Positions 28,024 through 39,117 of a stretch of DNA of 64,000 nucleotides are shown here, one piece after another. Each line of letters opens with the position of its first letter. Positions within the stretch are counted from its first letter, which is position 1. Under the pieces are notes generated by a model that was not told the DNA's origin, did no database searches, and worked only from the letters and a program-made list of their open reading frames with translations. The position numbers were made by a program, and so were the translations under genes. Origin of the DNA: Minisyncoccota bacterium (GTDB lineage: Bacteria > Patescibacteriota > Minisyncoccia > UBA6257); NCBI GenBank assembly GCA_028695015.1, contig JAQVJR010000001.1, forward strand, positions 33,645 through 97,644, read 5' to 3'.

Positions 28024-28265
28024 TTATTATTTAATAAATACAAACTAATTTTAATTTCCTTTTTATCACCATCGCACACAGATTGAAAGCCTATTTTTTT
28101 AGCTAATCTTTGTGCTTCTCTTAAAGAAATATTTCCATATTTTGTTCTTTTATAAATTATTTCTTTAATTTCTTGCCTTTCTTTATCTATCATTTCTTTT
28201 ATCTCCTTTTTAAAATTTTCAAAGTTCAATACATATATACTACCACTTTCTAAGTAAAAAGTCAA
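28020..28265 (-). CDS. hypothetical small protein (occupies the usual infA slot after map; not IF-1-like)
   Basis: 81 aa with no IF-1 S1-fold signature. Confidence 0.35.
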   Translation of the reverse strand: MTFYLESGSIYVLNFENFKKEIKEMIDKERQEIKEIIYKRTKYGNISLREAQRLAKKIGFQSVCDGDKKEIKISLYLLNNK

Positions 28266-28268
28266 TGA

Positions 28269-29021
28269 TTATTGTGTAATCACCAATGGTCCTTTTTTAG
28301 TAATGGCTATTGTATGTTCAAAATGACAAGCTATTTCTCCATTAGCAGTTACAAAACTACCATCTTTTAATTCTCTTATTTCTCCACTTTTAAAAGTCAC
28401 CATTGGCTCTAAAGCAATAACTAAACCTTGCTCTAGTTTAAAACCCTGTCCTGGATAACCAAAATTAAAAACAGGTGGATCTTCATGAGGTAAATACCCT
28501 ACCCCATGGCCAACCAAATTTTTAATAACTGCCAAGCCATTTTTTTCAATATGTGATTGGATTGCATAACCAATATCACCTAAGGTATTACCTAATTTTG
28601 CTGCTTTAATACCTTTATCTAAAGATTCTTTGGTTACCTGTATAAGTTTACGATATTGAGGCTCTATCTTGCCTATGCCTATGGTTATTGCCATATCAGT
28701 AAACAATCCCTTGTATTCCATGCCCAAATCAAGAGAAACAATATCTCCTTGTTTAAATACTACATCTTCAGTTGGAATACCATGAACAATAGTTTCATTA
28801 ACAGAAACACATAAGCTACTGGGAAAAGGCTCTTCAGCAAATTCTGGCTGATAATTTAAAAAAGAGGGCTTGCCCCCTATCTTTGTAATAGAATCATATG
28901 CTATTTTATCCAATTCTTTTGCGCTTACACCTTTCTTAGCTGCCTTAGCCACTTTATTCAAGATAATAGATAACTTCTTTCCTCCTTCACGCAAAATCTT
29001 TATCTCTGAATCACTTTTCAT
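28269..29021 (-). CDS. map: methionine aminopeptidase type I
   Basis: 250 aa with metal ligands in D…D…H…E…E arrangement. Confidence 0.9.
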   Translation of the reverse strand: MKSDSEIKILREGGKKLSIILNKVAKAAKKGVSAKELDKIAYDSITKIGGKPSFLNYQPEFAEEPFPSSLCVSVNETIVHGIPTEDVVFKQGDIVSLDLGMEYKGLFTDMAITIGIGKIEPQYRKLIQVTKESLDKGIKAAKLGNTLGDIGYAIQSHIEKNGLAVIKNLVGHGVGYLPHEDPPVFNFGYPGQGFKLEQGLVIALEPMVTFKSGEIRELKDGSFVTANGEIACHFEHTIAITKKGPLVITQ

Positions 29022-29674
29022 TTTAAATACTTTTTTATCTTAGAAAGGATTTCCTCATGAATATCTTCTATTAATCCTTCTCCTTCAACTTCAATTAACA
29101 TATTCTTTTTTTTAAAATAGTTGATAACTGGAATAATACTTTTTTTGAAAAAATCCATTCTATTTTTTATTGCTTGAGGATAATCATCACGACGACGAAT
29201 TAATTTAGCGCCACAATGAGAACATTTTTTTAAACCAGGATTTAAAATTAAAGAGAATTCCCGATGACACTGAGAGCAAATTCTTCTATTTAATAATCTT
29301 GTTGATACTTCTTTTTCAGAGGTTCTTAAATAGACAACTAATAATTTCCGTTTACTAAACCAAGACAAGGTCTCTTCTAGTATTTTAGCTTCTTCTAAAA
29401 CCCGGGGACTACCTTCAAAGATAACTCCTTTGTCTGGAGGTAAACTTAACATCTTATCTAGCCAACAATAGGTTACTAACCAAAGAGGAACTAAATTCCC
29501 TTTTGAAATTGTCTTAGAAATATTTTCTCCAAATAAATCTTTTCTTTTAGCTAAGGCCCTAAGAATATCACCTGTATCAATATTAATTAAAGAATATTTT
29601 TCTTGCAATAACTCTGCTTGAGTGCCTTTACCACAACCTGAACGTCCTAATAAGATAATATTAAGAGATTTCAT
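29018..29674 (-). CDS. adk: adenylate kinase (zinc-lid type)
   Basis: GRSGCGKGTQ P-loop. Lid has CSQC…CSHC. Confidence 0.9.
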   Translation of the reverse strand: MKSLNIILLGRSGCGKGTQAELLQEKYSLINIDTGDILRALAKRKDLFGENISKTISKGNLVPLWLVTYCWLDKMLSLPPDKGVIFEGSPRVLEEAKILEETLSWFSKRKLLVVYLRTSEKEVSTRLLNRRICSQCHREFSLILNPGLKKCSHCGAKLIRRRDDYPQAIKNRMDFFKKSIIPVINYFKKKNMLIEVEGEGLIEDIHEEILSKIKKYLK

Positions 29675-30932
29675 ATTCTCTCATTATTAATTGTGCTTCC
29701 ATTGTGTCCATAGTTTCCATAGCCACAGATACCAAAATCAAAAGTGAAGTCCCACCTATAGCAAATGTAGTAATTCCAGTAAATTGTTGCATTAATATTG
29801 GTAAAATAGCAATAATCCCTAGGAAAACAGCACCAAACAAGGTAATTTTATTACTTGTATTCATTAAAAATTGGGTTGTGGTTTTTCCAGGGCGATAACC
29901 AGGAACAAAACCCCCTCTTTTTTGAAGATTTTCTGCTATAGATTCTGGATTAAAAGAAACCATTGTATAGAAAAAAGTAAAGAGAAAAACTAATCCAAAG
30001 TAAAACAATAAATATATCCAAGATCCTTGATTAAAATTCTTAAAAAGCAAAGCTATTTTTAACAACCAAGGATTTTGAGAGCCTGATAGAAATTGACTTA
30101 TCATTTGAGGAAACATCAATATAGAAAGAGCAAAAATAATTGGAATCACTCCAGCCTGATTAATTTTCAAAGGGAGATAGGTAGAAGCCCCACCATATAT
30201 CTTTGTGCCCCTCACTTGTTTAGCATAACTCACTGGAATCCTTCTTTCACCACCAGAAATAAAAACAACACCAATAATAATCATTAAGGCCACAGCAAAG
30301 AAAGCAATCATATTTGGCATTCGAGAAGGATCAACAGTCACAATCGTTTGCAAAATCTCTCTAGGAAAATCTATCACAATTCCAGAAAAGATTATTAAAG
30401 AAATACCATTGCCTAATTTTTGTTCAGTTATCAATTCTCCAATCCACATCAAAAACACTGAAGCGGTAATGATAATAACCAAACTCCTTATTAAATCCAA
30501 AGGACTAGCAATAATAATAACCCCTTGTCGATTTAATAAATTTAAAAACCCAAATCCTTGAACAGCTGCTAAAGGAATGGTTAATAAACGAGAATATTGC
30601 ATATATTTAGCCCTTTCTTTTTCTGTGCCTTCATAAAACAATTCCTTTAAACTTGGAAAAATCATTGTTAATAATTGCATGATAATTGAAGCAGTAATAA
30701 AAGGACTAATACCTAATAAAGCTATGGAAATATTTTTAAAAGCACCTCCAGTAAAAACATTAAAAAGACCAAATATTTGATTTGAACTTAAGAAAAGTTG
30801 TAATTGATTAACATCTACATTAGGCAAAGGAATTGTTGCCATAATCCTAAAAACCACTAGTAAAAGAAAAATATTTAATATTTTTTTTCTTAAATCAGGG
30901 GAACGTAGTAAAGATAAGAATAATTTAAACAT
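29661..30932 (-). CDS. secY: preprotein translocase SecY
   Basis: 423 aa with 10 TM helices, sitting between rplO and adk. Confidence 0.9.
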   Translation of the reverse strand: MFKLFLSLLRSPDLRKKILNIFLLLVVFRIMATIPLPNVDVNQLQLFLSSNQIFGLFNVFTGGAFKNISIALLGISPFITASIIMQLLTMIFPSLKELFYEGTEKERAKYMQYSRLLTIPLAAVQGFGFLNLLNRQGVIIIASPLDLIRSLVIIITASVFLMWIGELITEQKLGNGISLIIFSGIVIDFPREILQTIVTVDPSRMPNMIAFFAVALMIIIGVVFISGGERRIPVSYAKQVRGTKIYGGASTYLPLKINQAGVIPIIFALSILMFPQMISQFLSGSQNPWLLKIALLFKNFNQGSWIYLLFYFGLVFLFTFFYTMVSFNPESIAENLQKRGGFVPGYRPGKTTTQFLMNTSNKITLFGAVFLGIIAILPILMQQFTGITTFAIGGTSLLILVSVAMETMDTMEAQLIMREYEIS

Positions 30933-30937
30933 TGTAT

Positions 30938-31381
30938 TTATTTTTGAATTTTCCCTCCTGCCTTTTCTATTGCTTCTTTGGCTTTTTGGGAAACTAAAAG
31001 ATTTTTAATTGTATAACTCTGAGTTAAAGGCATACTGCCTAATATTTTAACCAATTGTCGCTTGCTTTTCATTCTTGAAAGCAAACCTGCCTTTTCTAAT
31101 TTTGCCGGGGTGATTATCCCTCCTTGAGGAAAATGAGTCACAATATTCTCTAATTTTACAACAACTGAAGGTTCTTTTAAAGGATTAAAATGAACCCCTC
31201 TTTTTTTAGGAAACCTTAATACCATCTCTCTTATTTGAGGCTTTATCTTAGCTCCGGCTCGAGATTTTTGTCCTTTTTGTCCTTTACCTGAATAACCACC
31301 TCTTTTACCACCACGGCCTACTCTTCTTTTCTTTTTCTGAGAAGATTTAATATTTGCTTTATTAAGCTGGTGTATTTGCAT
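30938..31381 (-). CDS. rplO: ribosomal protein L15
   Basis: Gly/Arg-rich N-terminus. Directly follows rpsE, with no rpmD in between. Confidence 0.9.
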   Translation of the reverse strand: MQIHQLNKANIKSSQKKKRRVGRGGKRGGYSGKGQKGQKSRAGAKIKPQIREMVLRFPKKRGVHFNPLKEPSVVVKLENIVTHFPQGGIITPAKLEKAGLLSRMKSKRQLVKILGSMPLTQSYTIKNLLVSQKAKEAIEKAGGKIQK

Positions 31382-31886
31382 GATCTTTATCTGATTTTAC
31401 TATTGGTTTTTCTTGTTTCTTAAAGTTTTTTAATTTAGATAAGGCTAAAATCGTTGCCCGAGAATTATTAATTGGATTACTAGTATTACCTAGGATCTTA
31501 GCAATTGCATTAGGCACATTAGCTAATTTTAATACTGTTCTTGCTGCTCCACCAGCAATAATCCCCTTTCCCTCTCTAGCTGGCTTAATAATTACCTTAG
31601 CTGCTTTGTATTTAGCTGTAATCTCATGAGGAATGGTTCCATTAACAACTGGTACTGTGATTAAGTTTTTTTTAGCTTTAGTGCTTGCTTTTTGTATTGC
31701 TTGAGCAACATCCTTGCCTTTATCAACGCCAACACCAACTTGGTTTTTTTCTTTATCACCAACAACAACTGTGGCTCGAAAACTTAATCGTTTACCTCCA
31801 GCCACAACTCGAGTAACCCGAGCAATATCTAAAACAACCTCTTCCATCTTGTTTTTATCAAATTGTCTTTTTTTTACAAATGCCAT
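31362..31886 (-). CDS. rpsE: ribosomal protein S5
   Basis: S5 dsRBD plus C-terminal domain. Confidence 0.9.
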   Translation of the reverse strand: MAFVKKRQFDKNKMEEVVLDIARVTRVVAGGKRLSFRATVVVGDKEKNQVGVGVDKGKDVAQAIQKASTKAKKNLITVPVVNGTIPHEITAKYKAAKVIIKPAREGKGIIAGGAARTVLKLANVPNAIAKILGNTSNPINNSRATILALSKLKNFKKQEKPIVKSDKDHANTPA

Positions 31887-31896
31887 AATGTGTAAT

Positions 31897-32253
31897 TTAA
31901 AATATTAAACCTCCTTTTCTAGCCTTTTCTGCTAAAGCCTTTACCCTGCCTTGATATTTATACCCTGCCCTATCAAAAACAACTTTTTGTATTTTTTTTG
32001 CCTTAGCTTTTTCTGCTATCAATTCACCTAACTTTTCTGCTATTTCTGTTTTTTTACTCTTATCTTTAATTTTAATTTCAGAATCAATAGCAGAAACAAG
32101 AGTTTGTCTTGCTTCATCATCAATGATTTGTGCTGAGATATGTCTATTTGATTTAAAAACACAAAGACGAGGTCTTTCTTTTGTCCCCTTTATCTTAGCT
32201 CTAACTTTTTTATGTCTTTGCTGTCTTTGTTTTTGTTTAATCTTTGTTGTCAT
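31897..32253 (-). CDS. rplR: ribosomal protein L18
   Basis: Position between rplF and rpsE, with a basic N-terminus. Confidence 0.85.
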   Translation of the reverse strand: MTTKIKQKQRQQRHKKVRAKIKGTKERPRLCVFKSNRHISAQIIDDEARQTLVSAIDSEIKIKDKSKKTEIAEKLGELIAEKAKAKKIQKVVFDRAGYKYQGRVKALAEKARKGGLIF

Positions 32254-32267
32254 TTTATTTTAAAAAA

Positions 32268-32813
32268 TTATTCTCCAGAACCAACAACTTTTTTACCAGC
32301 CTTTCTTAAAATTCTCTCTCCAACATAATGAATACCTTTACCTTTATATGGCTCTACTGGTCTTTTGGATTTAATCAAAGCTGCTAATTGACCCACTCTT
32401 TCTTTAGATATTCCACTAACAATGATAATATTTTTTTCCACTTTAACTTCTAAATCTTCGGGTAAAGGAATAATAATTGGATGACTATAACCTAATTTTA
32501 AATTTAAGTCCTTGCCTTCAATATTTGCTTGATAACCAACACCATTAATTTCTAATTGCTTGGTAAACCCTTCTTCTACTCCTGTAATTAAATTATCAAT
32601 CCTTGATCTTAAAGTACCCCATCTTATAGCAGTATCTTTTTGCTGCTTAATTGGGGTGATATAAACCATATTCTCTTTTATTTCTGTATTAAAATCACCA
32701 TTGAGGCTTATTGAATCCTCACCTTTTGGTCCCTTAGCTCTTATTTCATTGTTTTCCAAATTTAGAGAAACAGTTTCTGGAACAATTATTGGTTTTTTAC
32801 CTATTCTAGACAT
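32268..32813 (-). CDS. rplF: ribosomal protein L6
   Basis: MSRIGKKPI… start. Confidence 0.9.
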   Translation of the reverse strand: MSRIGKKPIIVPETVSLNLENNEIRAKGPKGEDSISLNGDFNTEIKENMVYITPIKQQKDTAIRWGTLRSRIDNLITGVEEGFTKQLEINGVGYQANIEGKDLNLKLGYSHPIIIPLPEDLEVKVEKNIIIVSGISKERVGQLAALIKSKRPVEPYKGKGIHYVGERILRKAGKKVVGSGE

Positions 32814-32835
32814 TGTTGTTTAAAATTCAATTAAA

Positions 32836-33252
32836 TTACCATATTTCTAATAAAACTTCGCCTCCCATTTTTAGCTTCTTTGCTTCCAAATCAGCTAAAA
32901 CTCCTTTTGAGGTTGATAAAATCCTAATCCCTAATCCCTTTTTAAAAGGCCAGATTTCTTTTGATTTCAAATATACTCTTCTAGAAGGCTTGGAAATTCT
33001 TTTTATTTCAGAGATTTTAGGCTGCCCGTCTTTATCATACTTGATTTTAATTTCAATAAATTTCTTAACCATTCCTGATTGAGAATTTTTTGTTTTCTTC
33101 TTTACTTGTTCAATCCCTTCAATATATCCATATTTTAATAAAGCTTTTAGAATCTCCATCTTTATCTCTGAATAAGGAACCAGAACGGTTGTTTTTTTAA
33201 CCGCTTGGGCATTGCGAATCCTTGTTAACATATCAGCTATTGGATCTGTCAT
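32836..33252 (-). CDS. rpsH: ribosomal protein S8
   Basis: MTDPIADMLTRIRNA start. Confidence 0.9.
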   Translation of the reverse strand: MTDPIADMLTRIRNAQAVKKTTVLVPYSEIKMEILKALLKYGYIEGIEQVKKKTKNSQSGMVKKFIEIKIKYDKDGQPKISEIKRISKPSRRVYLKSKEIWPFKKGLGIRILSTSKGVLADLEAKKLKMGGEVLLEIW

Positions 33253-33284
33253 ATATATTAATGAATTAAGATATTAAAATAAAT

Positions 33285-33470
33285 TTACCAACTAGATTTT
33301 TTAACCCCAGGAATCTTTCCTTGAGTAGCTAATTCTCTAAAACAAATGCGACAAAGACCAAAATCTCTCATATAAGCTCTGGTCCTTCCACAACGCCAAC
33401 ATCGTCTCACTTTGCGTGAAGAATATTTGGGTTTTTTTCTTGATCTTGCGATTACTGATTTTTTGGCCAT
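33285..33470 (-). CDS. rpsN: ribosomal protein S14 (Zn-ribbon type Z)
   Basis: 61 aa with CWRCGR…CRIC. Confidence 0.9.
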   Translation of the reverse strand: MAKKSVIARSRKKPKYSSRKVRRCWRCGRTRAYMRDFGLCRICFRELATQGKIPGVKKSSW

Positions 33471-34018
33471 AATAAAGGAAATCCTAATAATTTATATAAT
33501 TCCATTGCTTGCTCTTTATTTTTTGCATTAGTGACAAAAGTCACTTCCAAACCAAACATTGGAACATTTTGTATTTGCCCTGTTTCTGGGAAAACGCTAA
33601 ATTCTCTAATACCATAACTTAAATTCCCTTGTTCATCAATGTTTTTTAAAGGAATACCCCAGAAATCTCTTGTTCTTGGTAGAACCAAATTAATAAACCT
33701 GAGAATAAAATCTTCCATTCTTTGTCCTCTTAAAGTAACTTTTAAACCTACAGGCATACCTTCTCTAAGCTTAAAACTAGCAATTGATTTTCTAGCTGGT
33801 CTTACAGATGGTTTTTGTCCAGTAATCATTGCTAATACTCCTGAGATTTTTTCAATTAAACCTTTATTGTCTTTAGAGGCAATTGTTAAACGACCAATAC
33901 CAACATTAACAATAACCTTGGTAATCTTAGGCACAGCTAAATCATTAGCCAGATTAAACTTCTTTTTCATTTCTGGCACTACTGTTTTATTAAATTGGTT
34001 TTTATAATCAAGTTTCAT
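33452..34018 (-). CDS. rplE: ribosomal protein L5
   Basis: L5 family sequence in its conserved operon position. Confidence 0.9.
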   Translation of the reverse strand: MKLDYKNQFNKTVVPEMKKKFNLANDLAVPKITKVIVNVGIGRLTIASKDNKGLIEKISGVLAMITGQKPSVRPARKSIASFKLREGMPVGLKVTLRGQRMEDFILRFINLVLPRTRDFWGIPLKNIDEQGNLSYGIREFSVFPETGQIQNVPMFGLEVTFVTNAKNKEQAMELYKLLGFPLLWPKNQ

Positions 34019-34023
34019 AAAAT

Positions 34024-34332
34024 TTATGCTATTTTAGAATTGCATTTTTTACAAATCCTATACTTGTCTTTTCCATCTTTTAGAAAATTAATCCTGGTTG
34101 GTTTTTTGCAATGAGGGCAAACCAACATCACATTAGCTCGGGCAATCGGACGAGGCACAGATATAATTTCACCTTTTTCTCCTGTTTTTTTTGCCCTTTG
34201 GATTTTTTTTACCAAATTTAAAGATTCAATAACAACTTTATCTTCAGAAGGCAAAGTTTTTATAATCTTTCCTGTTTTTCCTCTATCTTTACCTTTTTTT
34301 ATTATTACTAAATCTCCTTTTTTAATATTCAT
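34024..34332 (-). CDS. rplX: ribosomal protein L24 with C-terminal CxxC…CxxC zinc-ribbon extension
   Basis: KOW motif GDLVIIKKGKDRGKTGKI. Tail has CPHCKK…CKKC. Confidence 0.85.
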   Translation of the reverse strand: MNIKKGDLVIIKKGKDRGKTGKIIKTLPSEDKVVIESLNLVKKIQRAKKTGEKGEIISVPRPIARANVMLVCPHCKKPTRINFLKDGKDKYRICKKCNSKIA

Positions 34333-34351
34333 ATTAATAGATCTTTATTTT

Positions 34352-34720
34352 CTATACTAATTCTGGGGCTAAAGCCGCTACTTTAGTAAATCCTTTTTCT
34401 CTTATTTCTCTTGGAATTGGTCCAAAAATACGATTACCTACTGGTTCTTTCTTGTCATTAAGAATAACAGCTGCGTTTTCATCAAAACGGATATAGCTTC
34501 CATCTTTTCTGCGAAAAGCTTTTTTTTGTCGTACAATTAAAGCCTTAACCACTGCTTTTTTCTTTATCTCTTTTCGAGGCTCAGCAACTCGAACTGAAGC
34601 CACTACAATATCACCTATTTGAGCATATCTTCTTCTGCTCCCTCCTAAAACTTTAAAACAGCGAACTATCTTAGCGCCACTATTGTCAATAATTTTTAAA
34701 ATTGTCTGTGGTTGAATCAT
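34352..34720 (-). CDS. rplN: ribosomal protein L14
   Basis: MIQPQT…DNSGAK start. Confidence 0.9.
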   Translation of the reverse strand: MIQPQTILKIIDNSGAKIVRCFKVLGGSRRRYAQIGDIVVASVRVAEPRKEIKKKAVVKALIVRQKKAFRRKDGSYIRFDENAAVILNDKKEPVGNRIFGPIPREIREKGFTKVAALAPELV

Positions 34721-34727
34721 TTTGACT

Positions 34728-34988
34728 TTATAAAATATTGATAACTTTCCATCTTTTATCTTTAGAGATCGGCCTTGTTTCTTCTATAACTACCTTATCA
34801 CCTATTTGACATTGTTTTTTCTCATCATGAGCTTTAAAATTCTTAAACACCTGAAAATGCTTTTTATATTTAGGATGCAATTTCAATCTTGAAACTTTAA
34901 CCACTACTGTCTTATCCATTTTATTTGAAACAACCTCTCCTTTTAGAGTTCTCTTCTTGCTTTTAGGTTTGTTTGTATTTTTCTCCAT
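34728..34988 (-). CDS. rpsQ: ribosomal protein S17
   Basis: 86 aa in the conserved operon slot. Confidence 0.85.
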   Translation of the reverse strand: MEKNTNKPKSKKRTLKGEVVSNKMDKTVVVKVSRLKLHPKYKKHFQVFKNFKAHDEKKQCQIGDKVVIEETRPISKDKRWKVINIL

Positions 34989-34992
34989 AAAA

Positions 34993-35193
34993 TTAATCTA
35001 TAATTTGAGATTTTTCATTTAGAATAGTTAAAATACGAGCAATGTCTTTTTTCAAAGCACGTACTGAGCGGACATTCTTTACCTTACCGCTAGCTAAATT
35101 AAATCTCAACTCTCTTAATTTCTTTTGAGATTCAGAGAGTAATTGATTTAACTCTTCATTTGATTTCTGACGTAAGTCTTTAGTTTTAACCAT
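34993..35193 (-). CDS. rpmC: ribosomal protein L29
   Basis: 66 aa in the conserved operon slot. Confidence 0.85.
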   Translation of the reverse strand: MVKTKDLRQKSNEELNQLLSESQKKLRELRFNLASGKVKNVRSVRALKKDIARILTILNEKSQIID

Positions 35194-35211
35194 TGTTTGT
35201 TTTTAAATTCA

Positions 35212-35622
35212 TTACTTCTTAACTACTGATGTTCTTATAGGCAACTTAGAATTAGCTAAACGGAAAGCTTCTTTAGCTTTAGCAAAAGAAACTCCATCTA
35301 TTTCAAAAAGAATTCTTCCTGGTTTTACTGGACAAACATAAAACTCCACTGCTCCTTTACCTCCACCCATAGGCACTTCAGGAGATTTTCTAGTTATTGG
35401 CTTATCTGGAAACACTCTCATCCAAACCTTACCTTCTTTTTGCAAAGATCTAGCAATTGCCCTTCGCGCTGCTTCTATTTGTCGCGCTGAAAGCCAAGTT
35501 TCTTCTAAAGCTTTTAAACCATAACTACCAAAGGTGATATGAATCCCTCGAGTATCTCTTTGACGGAATCTACCTCGTCCTTTATGTGTCTTTCGATGTT
35601 TTACTTTTTTTGGCATTAACAT
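35212..35622 (-). CDS. rplP: ribosomal protein L16
   Basis: [11 protein letters not shown] start. Confidence 0.9.
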   Translation of the reverse strand: MLMPKKVKHRKTHKGRGRFRQRDTRGIHITFGSYGLKALEETWLSARQIEAARRAIARSLQKEGKVWMRVFPDKPITRKSPEVPMGGGKGAVEFYVCPVKPGRILFEIDGVSFAKAKEAFRLANSKLPIRTSVVKK

Positions 35623-35635
35623 AGCATTTCAATAA

Positions 35636-36292
35636 TTAAATCTTATTATCTTCTGATTGAGAAAATTTTTCTCCTTTATTAATCCAAACTTTAATCCCAA
35701 TCGTCCCATAAGTACAATGAGCTTCAGCTTTTCCATAATCAATATCTGCTCTTAAAGTAGAGAGAGGTAATGTGCCTTGTTGCAACCATTCATTACGAGC
35801 TATCTCTATTCCATCTAATCTACCAGAAACCATAATCTTAGCTCCAAAAACTTTTTTATGCTGCATTATCTTACTTAACTGCTGTTTTAATACTCGCCGA
35901 TAAGGCATTCTTTTTTCTAAATCTTCAGCAATGCTTTGAGCCACTATTCGAGCTGAAATTTCTGGATGCCTTACCTCTTCTACAGAAATATTAATATTCA
36001 AATCAGTTTTTAAAATCTTTTTAAGGCCTTTTTGCAAAGCATCAATGCCTTGCCCTTGACGACCTATTAAAAGACCTGGACGAGCAGTAGTAATAATAAT
36101 CTTAATATCTTTGGTTTTTCTTTCTATAACAATAGATTCAATTCGACTAGCCTTTGCTTTTTTAAAAATAAATTCTCTGATTTTATGATCTTCTTCTAAT
36201 AACTTAGCTCTATCTTTCAAATTAAACCATCGGGATTCCCATCCTTTATTTAAGCCTAACCTATAAAATCTTGGATTAATTTTCTTTCCCAT
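35636..36292 (-). CDS. rpsC: ribosomal protein S3
   Basis: KH domain plus S3 C-terminal domain. Confidence 0.9.
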   Translation of the reverse strand: MGKKINPRFYRLGLNKGWESRWFNLKDRAKLLEEDHKIREFIFKKAKASRIESIVIERKTKDIKIIITTARPGLLIGRQGQGIDALQKGLKKILKTDLNINISVEEVRHPEISARIVAQSIAEDLEKRMPYRRVLKQQLSKIMQHKKVFGAKIMVSGRLDGIEIARNEWLQQGTLPLSTLRADIDYGKAEAHCTYGTIGIKVWINKGEKFSQSEDNKI

Positions 36293-36313
36293 AACTAAAT
36301 ATTAAATTCTTTT

Positions 36314-36856
36314 TTAAATTGCTTTACGACGAAAAACTTGTTTCTTTGCTATTGCCCCTTCAGATGTTTTTTTCTCTATTCTTTTTTCTGCTTTCTTAAA
36401 CTGAGATTTTTTAATCTTGGATTCTTTAACTTCTTTTTTTCCTTTTATTTCTTGTTCTTGACCCTTAATAGCTTTTTTATCTTTTTCTACTTTATCTATT
36501 CCTTTCTTTATTACTGTCTTGCCTTTAATTTCATCTAAGACAATATGGATATGAGAGGTTCTTTTTTTAATTGTATAAGCTGCGCCTCGAGCTCGAGGAC
36601 GCCATCTTTTTAAAGACGGACCTTCATCCACTCTGGCTATCTTTACATAAAGATCATCTTTATTCAACTGAAAATTATTTTCTGCATTAGCAATTGCTGA
36701 TTTTAACAATTCTAAAACAGGTTGACTACTTCTTTTAGGAAGATGAATCAACTGTTGCTCAGCATCTTTGACTGACAATCCTTTTATTAACTCAGTGACT
36801 AAACGAGTTTTCCTAGGACTAATTCTCAAATATTTTAAAGAAGCTTTTACTTCCAT
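36314..36856 (-). CDS. rplV: ribosomal protein L22 with long Lys-rich C-terminal extension
   Basis: 180 aa versus about 110 typical. The tail is K/E-rich. Confidence 0.85.
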   Translation of the reverse strand: MEVKASLKYLRISPRKTRLVTELIKGLSVKDAEQQLIHLPKRSSQPVLELLKSAIANAENNFQLNKDDLYVKIARVDEGPSLKRWRPRARGAAYTIKKRTSHIHIVLDEIKGKTVIKKGIDKVEKDKKAIKGQEQEIKGKKEVKESKIKKSQFKKAEKRIEKKTSEGAIAKKQVFRRKAI

Positions 36857-36881
36857 GTCTTTTTATTTTTAAAAAGTTTTA

Positions 36882-37214
36882 TCATTTTTTATCTGTCTTA
36901 GCTTTATCTGCTGTGGCTCCAGTTTGAGTTCTAGCTTTCATCTCTAATTCTTTCTGCATTCTGCCACCATGTCGAACAAACTTACGAGTTGGAGCAAATT
37001 CTCCTAAGCGATGGCCAACCATTTCTTCTCTGGCTTCAACATCAATAAAAATCTTTCCATTGTGAACTTGAAAAACAAAACCTACCATTTCTGGAGTAAT
37101 CATTGAATCTCTAGACCAAGTTTTAATTGGAGTTTTATCTCCAGATTTCATCTTGGATAATTTTTTTAATAATTTTGGATGAACAAAAGGACCTTTTTTT
37201 AATGAACGTGCCAT
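36882..37214 (-). CDS. rpsS: ribosomal protein S19
   Basis: 110 aa with a basic C-terminal tail. Confidence 0.9.
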   Translation of the reverse strand: MARSLKKGPFVHPKLLKKLSKMKSGDKTPIKTWSRDSMITPEMVGFVFQVHNGKIFIDVEAREEMVGHRLGEFAPTRKFVRHGGRMQKELEMKARTQTGATADKAKTDKK

Positions 37215-37229
37215 AATATTAAAAATTTA

Positions 37230-38057
37230 TTATTTTTTCTTTCTTCGACTTACTATAAATTTATCAGAATATCTTTTCTTTTTCCTTGTTTTTCTCCCTC
37301 CAGTTACTTTACCATAAATATTCTTTGGTCTCTTAGTACCCCTTTGAGTTCTTCCTTCTCCACCACCATAAGGATGATCAACTGGATTCATAGCTGTGCC
37401 TCTAACTTTAGGCCTCCTGCCTAAATGACGAGAACGCCCAGCCTTACCAAGGCTTACCATCTTACGCTCAACATTAGAAAGTTGACCTAAGGAAGCATAA
37501 TATTGATTAGGAATTTTCCTTATCTCTGAAGAAGGCATTTTAAAATGCGTATGAACACCATCTTGAGCCACCACTTGAGCAAAAGAACCAGCAGATCTAG
37601 CTAATTTACCACCAGCACCTGATTTAGTTTCTATATTATGCACAAAGGCACCAACAGGAATATTTTTTAACATCATTCGATTACCTTTTTTCAAAGGAGT
37701 TTTTTCATCACAAATAATCTTGCTGCCTTCTTTTAATCCCTGAGGAGATAAGATATAACCCCAAGCCCCATCAGCATATGAAATCAATGAAATAAAAGCA
37801 GAACGATTAGGATCATACTCTATACTCTTTACTGTACCTGGAATTCCTTTTTTTTCTTGTCCAAAAAAAATATCGCGGTAAAGCTTTTTACTTCCGCCTC
37901 CTTTATGGCGCACTGTTATCTGCCCTTTAGATCTACCAACGTTTTTCTTTAAAGATTTAGCTAATTTCTTAAAAGGCTTATCTGTTGTTAACACAGAATA
38001 ATCACTAACTGAATAATGGCGCCTACCTGGTGTTTTTGGTTTATGTTTTTTAATCAT
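37230..38057 (-). CDS. rplB: ribosomal protein L2
   Basis: 275 aa with Gly-rich C-terminal motifs. Confidence 0.9.
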   Translation of the reverse strand: MIKKHKPKTPGRRHYSVSDYSVLTTDKPFKKLAKSLKKNVGRSKGQITVRHKGGGSKKLYRDIFFGQEKKGIPGTVKSIEYDPNRSAFISLISYADGAWGYILSPQGLKEGSKIICDEKTPLKKGNRMMLKNIPVGAFVHNIETKSGAGGKLARSAGSFAQVVAQDGVHTHFKMPSSEIRKIPNQYYASLGQLSNVERKMVSLGKAGRSRHLGRRPKVRGTAMNPVDHPYGGGEGRTQRGTKRPKNIYGKVTGGRKTRKKKRYSDKFIVSRRKKK

Positions 38058-38470
38058 ATTCCTAATTCTATTTTTTGCCCCTCTTGTAAGGTCACAATCA
38101 TCTTTTTATTACCTTTTTTAATGCTTTTCTGAGCTCTCCATCTTTTTGTTTTCTGAGGTGCTCTTAATGTATTTACTTTCAAAACTTTCACTTTATAAAT
38201 ACTTTCTACTGACTTTTTAACTTCATTCTTAGTTGCCTTTTCTTTAACTTCAAAAACATATTTATTCTCTTCTTGACCTAATAAGGTAAACTTTTCACTA
38301 AAATGAGGTTTAATTAAAATCTTATGCTCTTTTGAATAACCTTTTGAAACCACAGGAGGGCTTGTTTCTTTTTTAATATCAGAAACTTTTGGAGATTCTT
38401 TTTTCTCCTGTTTTGGTTTTTTAGAAACCTTTTTTCTTGGTTTTTTTGAAAAAAAATCTAGAATAGCCAT
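38054..38470 (-). CDS. rplW: ribosomal protein L23 with N-terminal basic extension
   Basis: 138 aa. The C-terminal about 95 aa is L23-like. Assignment rests partly on operon position. Confidence 0.75.
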   Translation of the reverse strand: MAILDFFSKKPRKKVSKKPKQEKKESPKVSDIKKETSPPVVSKGYSKEHKILIKPHFSEKFTLLGQEENKYVFEVKEKATKNEVKKSVESIYKVKVLKVNTLRAPQKTKRWRAQKSIKKGNKKMIVTLQEGQKIELGI

Positions 38471-38472
38471 TT

Positions 38473-39117
38473 TTAATATTGTTTTTCTAAGACCATTAAT
38501 CCTTTTGTTGAAAATAACAGATATTTATGATTTAAAATATCTATCAAGTTTATATTTTCTATATTTATCACCTTTAGATAAGGCAAGTTTTGCGCTGATC
38601 TAAATAAATCTTTTTCCTGTGAATGAATTATAAATAAAGTGCTAGGCATTTTCTTTTTTTCTCCAATAATATCCTTACAAAGACTATCTATCATTTTAGT
38701 CTGTGGTTTTTCTATTTCTGCGCTCTTTATAACCTTAATCTCTTTATCTTTTAATTTTTGAGATAAAGCCATTTTCAATGCTTTTTCTTTAACTTTCTTA
38801 TTAATCTTCTTTTTACCCCTTTCTTCTTTAGTTCTAGGCCCAAAAGTAACTCCCCCTCCTTTCCAAAGAGGTGAGCGAATAGAACCATGACGAGCCCTAC
38901 CAGTTCCTTTTTGAACCCAAGGCTTTCTACCACCGCCTCTAATTTCTGAACGGTTTTTTGCAAAAGCTAAAGGCTCTCTTTGATTACTAACTAAATCTTT
39001 ATACACTTGTAAAACAAGAGGTTTGTTAAGTTGTTCATTAAAAATCTTTGAAGACAATTCTACTTCTTCCTTGGTCTCTCCTTTTAAATTATAAACTGGT
39101 GCTTTCATTTTAACCAC
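38473..39117 (-). CDS. rplD: ribosomal protein L4
   Basis: 214 aa. Confidence 0.9.
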   Translation of the reverse strand: MVKMKAPVYNLKGETKEEVELSSKIFNEQLNKPLVLQVYKDLVSNQREPLAFAKNRSEIRGGGRKPWVQKGTGRARHGSIRSPLWKGGGVTFGPRTKEERGKKKINKKVKEKALKMALSQKLKDKEIKVIKSAEIEKPQTKMIDSLCKDIIGEKKKMPSTLFIIHSQEKDLFRSAQNLPYLKVINIENINLIDILNHKYLLFSTKGLMVLEKQY